Positions 55,422-64,000 of a DNA stretch of 64,000 nucleotides are shown in pieces; within the stretch, counting starts at the first letter, position 1; each line of letters begins with the position of its first letter. A model generated the notes under the pieces. That model saw only the letters and a program-made list of their open reading frames with translations, had not been told where the DNA came from and did no database searches. Origin of the DNA: Lytechinus pictus (Eukaryota); assembly GCF_037042905.1 (NCBI RefSeq), contig NC_087246.1:2606001-2670000 (forward strand). The letters run 5' to 3'. Made by a program: the position numbers and the translations under genes.

Positions 55422-56374
55422 AGATAAAGATACTTCATCTCTAAATATCCCCCTCCCTGCAGGATACGCCGGATTTCATATCAAAGATGATTCAATTTGT
55501 TCTATTGAGTAAACTGACGCTCGAAATAATATTATTATATAACCATAATGATTATTTTGTTTATGATGAAAATTATGATAATGTCGATAAAATTATTATG
55601 AATGCACACTTTATTTCTAAGATAATAGTTGGATTAATTTAGACGCGGGTCCCCCCCCCCCCTATTCCCTTGACCGAATGACAGAATTCCTGATTCTCTC
55701 ACCGCCGTATAACATTACTACAGGATACTTATGACATGAGATAAAAATGCTTCATCTCTAAATATCCCCCTCCCTGCAGGATACGCCGGATTTCATATCA
55801 AAGATGATTCAATTTGTTCTATTGAGTAAACTGACGCTCGAAATAATATTATTATATAACCATAATGATTATTTTGTTTATGATGAAAATTATGATAATG
55901 TCGATAAAATTATTATGAATGCACATTTTATTTCTAAGATAATAGTTGGATTAATTTAGACACGGGTCCCCCCCCCCCTATTCCCTTGACCGAATGACAG
56001 AATTCCTGATTCTCTCACCGCCGTATAACATTACTACAGGATACTTATGACATGAGATAAAAATACTTCATCTCTAAATATCCCCCTCCCTGCAGGATAC
56101 GCCGGATTTCATATCAAAGATGATTCAATCTGTTCTATTGAGTAAACTGACGCTCGAAATAATATTATTATATAACCATAATGATTATTTTGTTTATGAT
56201 AAAAATTATGATAATGTCGATAAAATTATTATGAAGGCACACTTTATTTCTAAGATAATAGTTGGATTAATTTAGACGCAGGTCCCCACCCCCACCCCTA
56301 TTCCCTTGACCGAATGACAGAATTCCTGATTCTCTCACCGCCGTAACATTACTACAGGATACTTATGACATGAG
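55422..56374. repeat. Tandem triplication of a ~317-bp unit
   Basis: ctaaatatccccctccctgcaggatacgccgg recurs at 55441, 55758 and 56074; the copies are nearly identical. Confidence 0.95.
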
Positions 56375-57248
56375 TCAGTTAATTGCTTCATAATTGAATG
56401 GGCGAGTCATTTTAATCATTCTTGAAATCGTCTTTAAGCTTTACCTGGTTGTTAGTTTGTCGATACAGACTCTTTTTAATGATTGGCCAGTGTCTCGTTT
56501 CGAATTATTTTCAATTGTTTTGACAGTTCTTAAAGAATATATGAAAATTCTTACAAAACGCATGAAGCAAATAGAAGTAGATACTGAAATAAATTGATAC
56601 TATACGTTGCGTAGAATACTTGCAACAGGCATCACTATCAATAATTACATTACATGTTCATTTTCTCTCATTATGAATCAGTTCGTCAAATGAATCATAC
56701 AAAGGAGAGTATTTAGTCTATGATATTTGTTTGCTATATACATATTTTATGGGGATAAAGAAAATTGTGTGTGGGTTGTAAACAAATGTCAATGTATACC
56801 AGAATGAACTCTGATAGACTTCCGACTCCATTTGGGTCACTGGAATTCTAACCATGTTCATTTTGCTTTTCTCTGATTGATGTACCTTCAACCGCTACGG
56901 TGTAAATCCCCTGATAGTTGAAGATGTGTTTATAAAGTTATTAGGCATTATACCCCTGGCTATTTCGAATGATTATCCAGAAACATGTTTCGAATAGCTG
57001 CGTTTACACTAGCTCGCTTTGGAATGCCGGGTCATCGTTTGGTTACAAGAGTCTTTGCTTATCTTATAGGTGTAAATACGTCACCGTGTAAAGATTTTTC
57101 AAATATTAACAGAAGTCAGTTTTGCAGATTTATATCTTGTTTATATCAATTCATTCGTTACATTGTAGATCCTCCAAAAGTTCTTGTTGAACGTAAAATT
57201 TAATCTTATATTCAAATTTGACTAAATATATCAATGTATGTACATAAT

Positions 57249-57249
57249 A

Positions 57250-57286
<37 letters not shown>

Positions 57287-57306
57287 CGTGTGTGTGTGAG
57301 AGGGTG

Positions 57307-57371
<65 letters not shown>
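57249..57371. repeat. Compound (TA)n/(GT)n microsatellite
   Basis: Directly visible. Confidence 0.9.
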
Positions 57372-57375
<4 letters not shown>

Positions 57376-57837
57376 AAATAATATTATTAAAGAAAGAGGA
57401 AACCAAAGGACAGGGGTCCTGTGGCCACCCACACTTACACCCACCTTCACACACGCGCTCACACTATCAGGACGTAAACCTTTAAAGAATTCGTTCTGAC
57501 CTGCTATGATTAATAGACTTCATGCTGACCTTTTCATTAAAAAGAAATGTGTTGTGTTGAGAAGAAGCAAAATGACCAAGTCCTAAGCCTCTCTTGAGTA
57601 AATCAACCTACAATTGTATAACGTGTGCTTGCTTATCTCTCTTTAAAATATACTATGAATCACAGCGTCCCGGTGATAAAATTACATCAAAAGAAGAGCT
57701 ATGCTAATTTTAAGAAGAAGAACATAAATCTTTAGGATTCTCGACTGGCTAAATAATATTTCTATAGCATTATTAAAACCATATATATCTCTACGTATAT
57801 TGTCTGCATTAATTCGTTTCTGTTATCGTCCTTGGAA

Positions 57838-58005
57838 GTACCGTGGCCCAGTGGTCCAAGGCGCCTGGCTATACATGGAAAGTCCGGGGTTCGATCCCCG
57901 GCCGCGGCATGCCCGTGAGCAAGGTATTTAATCTACAATGTTTATCCTGCTTTCAAATAAATGGAAATGTTATATGCATTATTGGTAACTAGGTGTGCAC
58001 TTGTT
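57838..58005 (+). mobile_element. tRNA-derived SINE
   Basis: A-box tggcccagtgg and B-box ggttcgatccc; the anticodon arm does not pair; followed by cccgtgagcaaggtatttaatcta, a typical SINE body segment; no T-run terminator after the head. Confidence 0.7.
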
Positions 58006-59009
58006 TGTTTTATATTCATTATTGATTGTTCTGTGTTGATCACTATTAAACTCTACGTCAACTTTGCCTTCTTTGATCAAGGAATTTTATCCTGTTTGTT
58101 AATTGGAAGGTGTGATGATTGTTGTTGTCCGTATCCCTCTCTGTAATTTTATGCTTGTGGCGTGATTTGACAGAACATCATTGAAGAAAAAAAATAAGAG
58201 AAAATAGAGGATGTCGAGAGTATTCTATTAATGCAAGATAAACATATATGAAAGGAGAGACGGGGTCATGTGTACAAATGATTTGATCTCGGAAGAGTGG
58301 ATATACATGTGTTACGTTTTTTTTTATCTCTTTGGTGCCTCAATGATTCTCTCTATTGCCCCAACACCAACCCAACAAATTCGAACACTCGCTATCCCTG
58401 TCGGGAGTAATTACCCCATGGTTTCTTTCAATTACCCACCAATATACCTCCCGGGAGAGTTGAGAAAAACCCTGAGTTAGATACATATGTTAGAATGACA
58501 AGTAGGGGCGATAAAGGAAAGAGCATAAAATGCTAAAAATTGCCATCTACATCTAATGTCATTGATATCACAAACATCAACCTTGAAGGAACCATGTCAT
58601 TTAATTATGGTTAGAAGAAATTCAGTTTCCATGAATGATACACTATCTCAATGAGAATTGGTTTCATTCGAACCAAGGCAGTATGTATTGAATGATGGCT
58701 TTCATGCGCATCGCCGTGAAGTCATGTCACATGGGAGCATTTAGAGTAATAGCATGATATTTATCATTGTTTGTACTGTTGCGGCCAAAGCTGTCAGATC
58801 ATATAAATTAGTAATGGGAGTTTTCTCAGTGAATATATATATATATATATATATATAAATGTGTAAAGTTATACATGTACAACAGCTTTGGCAACTCTTT
58901 TATTTAAATATTGTAAAGAAATGGATGAAGAGAACAATGGTAGGCGTAGCTTAAATCAAGGTTCCCCAGAGCTATCTACCCTTTGGAAAAATTGGTGATG
59001 CCGAAAAAA

Positions 59010-59081
59010 TGTCTCTGCCGGGAATCGAACCCGGGCCCCCAGCTTTGAACGCCGGTGCCTTAACCACTAGACCACAGAGGC
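59010..59081 (-). tRNA. tRNA-like gene, anticodon TCA, copy 1 (C2:A mismatch in the acceptor stem)
   Basis: Same sequence as 61146-61217 except position 2 (GCCTCTG instead of GTCTCTG); followed by T6. Confidence 0.6.
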
Positions 59082-59112
59082 GGGTTAGTGGCTAGGGCGA
59101 CCCCGGTGCGAT

Positions 59113-60187
59113 AGACCTTATCGCAAATAGATTCACGCAAAGGATCATGGGATCGCAAAGGGGGCAATAGCGCCGCTGTTGTCCGGATGCGACCATGCGA
59201 GCGCAAGCAGCCGACAATAAAGTGTACGATTTCCATAGTGTATCAAAATACGATCGACGCCCGCAGCCAACATTTTGCTAACTTCCAGTAAACGCCTCGT
59301 CATATTTGTTCCAGAGTCTAACATTACTTTTCTTCTTAATCATAGGTGGCAGAGATATATGTGCCGTCTATAGCTGCAAGAATTACCACAGATTTTATGA
59401 AGACAAGTGCAATTTTCTTTCATTTTCGCGCACTGTCTGTGCGTATTTTGAGCTGTGCAGCTGCTGTGTGCTTTGAATTGTATGCACGGACAGCGGGCAT
59501 GCACTCTCGGCCCATGGGTACGTCGGCGAGGCAGTGGAGGAAACTGGTCCCAGAATTCCAAGCAATAATAAAATGATGATCAATAAAACAAACTCTGCAG
59601 TAGATTTGATTACTTTATTCTAGTGTTATATTTTTGTAATATCAATCGATAGTCAAGAATACATGTTTCATAAATAATTATCTCAATCATGATTTTATTC
59701 AGAGTAGGCCTATAAACCGAGCTGTGTTTTCTTTTTCTCTCCACAGATAGGCTACATAATATTATTGCAAATTATTCAGGATCGTGGTCGGACATTCTGA
59801 AGTTTTATAAGTGGCATGCATAGACAAAATAATGAATGAAATATAACAAAAAAATGAGAATAGATGAAAGTATATTGATAGAAAAATAAGCACAAAAAAA
59901 AAGAAAAAAGAATTTAATGAGGAAGGTGATCTGAAAGAGAAGTGACTGAATGCGATGAAATTAATTGAATACGTAAATGTTGAAATAAGATTTATTTCAA
60001 ATGAATGGAATATATATCATTTATATGAATTAAATATCCAGTTTCAGACAAAATAAAATTACAGAGGTTTGAGGGATAGGGCCTATATACGGGATCATAA
60101 AATGTTTTTAATTTTATTAAAACTTAAAATGTTTTAAATTTAAATAAATTCAGATTTATAGTATTCTGCATGTCATAGGCCTATTAT

Positions 60188-60260
<73 letters not shown>

Positions 60261-60841
60261 TAGCTTATTTTTGGCTTTAGATTTGTCTCATGCACCCCCT
60301 ATATAGAAATTGTATGATCAAACTAAACAGCCCGACTTGCAAAAAAAGGACTATATTTCCCCCAAAATAACAAAAAACTTGGCTAGCTAAATTTATATGG
60401 AGATATATGGTCTACATTATGTTTCTCATGAATATTCTTTAATGGAAAAATATGCTATCTAATTTGGATCACCGATCGACGTGCTCTTTTCTAAAGACGA
60501 TCGGCAATGACCCGCAATCACCGTCTCACTTTTCCCACAAAATCTTCCCAAGTTTATAGCCCCAGAAAACTTCGAAAATACGGTGAGTATTGAGTTCATA
60601 CTTTCACTGGGCAATCATGATACAAAGATTGTTCTATAAATCTACATTCAAGTATCCAAAATAATTTAAATACGAAGAAATCAGACTTTAAAAAAGCCTG
60701 GATTTTGAGTGACACTACACAAAACATATGGCGTTGTATGGCTTCCCGAAAGCCGATTCCGCGTTTGCCCCCTTTCGCATCCCGTGATCCTCTGCGATGA
60801 CAGACGCCCTCACGCGACAGACGCTATTTGCGATAAGGTCT
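59113..60841. mobile_element. 1729-bp non-autonomous DNA transposon with AT target duplication (ISL2EU / PIF-Harbinger-related)
   Basis: Perfect 18-bp TIRs AGACCTTATCGCAAATAG and CTATTTGCGATAAGGTCT; AT at 59111-59112 and 60842-60843; the empty site ggtgcgATtgaccgtc is preserved in the next unit (61241-61256); internal (TA)n at 60192-60259. The superfamily is inferred from the TSD. Confidence 0.88.
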
Positions 60842-61145
60842 ATTGACCGTCAGATAGACAGATTTTCGACACTATACCAGTTATAATTTCCTTTGTCGGG
60901 TGAATGTGGGTTTCGAACAATGACAAGCCGCCATGCTTCAGCTGGATCAAAGCTATTGCTTTGATACAGTACACGTAAGGGAGAACGTATACAAATGTGT
61001 AAAGTTATACATGTACAACAGCTTTGGCAACTCTTTTATTTAAATATTGTAAAGAAATGGATGAAGAGAACAATGGTAGGCGTAGCTTAAATCAAGGTTC
61101 CCCAGAGCTATCTACCCTTTGGAAAAATTGGTGATGCCGAAAAAA

Positions 61146-61217
61146 TGTCTCTGCCGGGAATCGAACCCGGGCCCCCAGCTTTGAACGCCGGTGCCTTAAC
61201 CACTAGACCACAGAGAC
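61146..61217 (-). tRNA. tRNA-like gene with full cloverleaf, anticodon TCA (putative opal suppressor or tRNA-derived repeat head), copy 2
   Basis: GTCTCTG TG GTCT AGTGGTTA AGGC A CCGGC GTTCAAA GCTGG GGGC CCGGG TTCGATT CCCGG CAGAGAC A, then TTTTTT. Stems of 7/4/5/5 bp all pair (two G-U pairs); A and B boxes are intact; 72 nt. Confidence 0.7.
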
Positions 61218-61544
61218 GGGTTAGTGGCTAGGGCGACCCCGGTGCGATTGACCGTCAGATAGACAGATTTTCGACACTATACCAGTTATAATTTCCTTTG
61301 TCGGGTGAATGTGGGTTTCGAACAATGACAAGCCGCCATGCTTCAGCTGGATCAAAGCTATTGCTTTGATACAGTACACGTAAGGGAGAACGTATACAAA
61401 TGTGTAAAGTTATACATGTACAACAGCTTTGGCAACTCTTTTATTTAAATATTGTAAAGAAATGGATGAAGAGAACAATGGTAGGCGTAGCTTAAATCAA
61501 GGTTCCCCAGAGCTATCTACCCTTTGGAAAAATTGGTGATGCCG

Positions 61545-61592
<48 letters not shown>

Positions 61593-63906
61593 TTGAAAAT
61601 TCTTCGTTGCTTTCGCCGATATTGCCACTTGACTTGAATCAATAGAGGAAAATAGTACAGTGTATTTTTTGTTTACTGTTTGAGGGGAACATTCATCATG
61701 TGAAACTTCTCGCCATCAACATTAACGCTATCAAATAACACTCGATGATGTATTATCAGTTTACAGTTAATACATTAAACATTTGATTGTCTATTTCATT
61801 GCCAATATTCGGTTCTAAAAGAAATGCTATATGAAGAAAGGTTTTGTCTGTATAAATAATTCTCCATAATTATCGTTATGACCTATTGATTACAAAATGT
61901 TTTGGCATACATCATTAAGTTTTGATAATATTGCGTTAGAAAATAAAATTGGATTAGCAAGAGATGTAGCTTATAGGATACGATTGTTCAAGTACTAGGA
62001 AGCTTATCTTTTAATCCTCAGATGTCTGACATGTCAACTTGTTGTGTTAAAAAATCCAAGTCAAATCGTCCCTTGTCGAGTAGAGAAGTTGTGCAATTTT
62101 AAAACACTTCTTAGCGCCATTAATTTTCTCAATATTCTTTTCAGCATATTGAATTGCCATCAAGGTGACATGTTTCGTGACAACATCTTCAATCAAATTG
62201 ATAAAACTTTATATCCAGGATGCTACAAGCTTTTCCGCTTAAAAAGTAGAATGCCATAACCTGGCATGCAATACGTGGTTCTGGTTTCTGTTTTCCCCCA
62301 TGGTTAACGAATTATACTAGAGGGAAATTTGAGAATATCAAAGGAAATTTTATCCAAATCTTATATTATTCATATAAATTATGTCAAAGATTACGTTTTT
62401 TCACAATCAATGTGGAAGTATTTTCAATGGAATAATTTATTTCTAAAATTTATGAAATCTATTTTTATAACAATTATCATTTCATTCAAAATACCACTGA
62501 CATTTTCACAAAGAGAAGGTGAAATACAGTATGTTAATCATATTAGTTTTGTGAAAAATTACATTCACAGTCCTGAGCCTGGATTTATCGTAAATCCAAA
62601 GTAAGAATAAGTATCTGTAATGAACCTTTGTCAGATAAGAGAAATATGGCATGCCTGTGGACGCAGCTGTGATAATTTTTATCGGTGTCACATTACGCGT
62701 TGCTATATCAGTATTCTGGTAAGAACCATCTAATTTCAGCAATTACGCTTGAATATTTCAACATGCGAATAAGAACGTTTGTTACGGATCACCACATTGT
62801 GACTCTAATATACAAATTGACAAAGCTTGAATTCAGTACACGAACCTGGCTCACGACAGTGTCTGGTTAATTTGAGAAATGTGGAGAAAAGCTCAAGACT
62901 CGCCGACAAGATAGATTGGACGTAGCTTGTTTATTGATAGCTTTCATCAATTCTAAACCCGTACTAATGTCTGGTGTAAGAAATATAATGGTGTCAAAAT
63001 GCACTTCTACATCTGTTTGTATTTTAGCTCTCAAAAAGGCCTACATGTTTTGCATTTTCAACCTCACGACTAAACCCATCAAAATATTGGATATCTTGCA
63101 TCCTTATTCTTTTTAAATACCCCTACGTATCCTTTATATTCATTTTTTCTGTTCATTAACGATATTGTAGTTTAGCTACAACCTTTATGTGGATGGTATT
63201 TAAAATTGTTACCAAAGAAATTATAAAATAATACTTTATGGATCTTCATATACTGCAATTGCAGGAAGATTTTGTAAGAAAAAAAGACATAATTTGATGC
63301 TTAAAATACGCAAATGGTAGGAGGAGCATGATTTGATTTGAAGTTTTACTTAAATATTGACAATGAAATAACATATTTATTCTAGTTCTTTACTCACCCT
63401 ATTTCCAACCCACCGACACACTCGCATAAACCCTTACACTCACACGCGAGAGTAAACTAGATGCAACGGGAACTTAAATAATCATGTATATAGTACCGAG
63501 TATGTATTGTACCATAGTGTGTGTGTTCCCTTCTCATGGATGCATGAAAATTACATTTAATTCAATCATCGTCGATTATTCCACTACGCCTCAAATTTAT
63601 GGCGTTATCCTAATACATTCATTGTTAATGAAAATTGATGTAATCTGCCTCATATCCAGCTCTTATGGCACGATGTCGTAATTGAATGTAATCATGCATG
63701 TAATACGGATTATAATTAATGGGTCGTTAAATGCAGCTATCTTTTCCGGATGATATGATAGCATCAAAAGAAAGAAAATAAGATACGTTGTTAGAGAGTA
63801 AAACATCGTTATCTGTCAAAATTTGTACAGTAAAATACTTGAAATAAATCTACAACTGTGGGTGCAAATTGTTTGATTCCGTCAAGAAACTGAGACAAAC
63901 ATAGAT

Positions 63907-63977
63907 GGAGGAGGAGAAGGAGAAGAAGAAGGAGAAGAAGAAGAAGAAAAAGATGATGATGATGATGATGATGATAA
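63907..63977. repeat. (GAA/GGA)n-(GAT)n low-complexity tract
   Basis: Directly visible. Confidence 0.85.
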
Positions 63978-64000
63978 GGAAAATTAAAACAAAAAGAAGA

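Larger units (their letters stand above)
58857..61547 (-). mobile_element. Tandem 405-bp tRNA-bearing element (about 2.4 units) inserted in a (TA)n microsatellite; first unit interrupted by a MITE
   Basis: Unit starts (aaatgtgtaaagttatacatg) at 58857, 60993 and 61398; units are near-identical; (TA)n at 58833-58856 and 61547-61590. Confidence 0.85.

Noticed and set aside
57151..57462. ORFs with (IY)n and (HT)n repeats
   Set aside because: They are translations of TA and GT microsatellites.
57838..57911. Functional tRNA gene
   Set aside because: The anticodon arm does not pair, the acceptor stem is mismatched and the sequence continues into a SINE-like body without a terminator.
59340..59583. 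Short overlapping ORFs inside the AT-TSD transposon as transposase remnants
   Set aside because: No DDE or DNA-binding motifs are recognisable; they are consistent with chance ORFs in a GC-richer segment.
61146..61217. Selenocysteine tRNA gene
   Set aside because: The anticodon is TCA, but there is no long variable arm, no extended acceptor or D stem, and the discriminator is A rather than G.

Overview
AT-rich, intron-containing animal genomic DNA; the repeat content looks echinoderm/sea-urchin-like (inference). I reconstructed three spliced genes by hand. (1) The last three exons of an M14A zinc carboxypeptidase (+, 91-2401). (2) A complete peroxisomal acyl-CoA oxidase 3 (ACOX3; +, 7464-20588, about 705 aa) whose final coding exon is present three times in tandem, each copy with a splice acceptor, an open frame and a PTS1 (AKL, SKL, AKL). 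(3) A convergent nicotinic acetylcholine receptor alpha-type subunit (-, 25948-30896, signal-peptide exon not found) with an intact ligand site but an atypical pore helix (-1' Gly, 13' Trp, 20' Gln). The rest is rich in mobile DNA: two 5'-truncated LINE RT fragments, many MITEs (hAT-like, piggyBac-like, AT-TSD), SINE pieces and 53-bp and 317-bp tandem arrays. The most unusual object is at 58857-61547: a 405-bp tandem unit sitting inside a (TA)n microsatellite. Each full unit carries a canonical 72-nt tRNA cloverleaf with a UCA (UGA-reading) anticodon and a T6 terminator, plus a degenerate hammerhead-ribozyme-like fold on the same strand. All calls are from manual reading; no searches were run.
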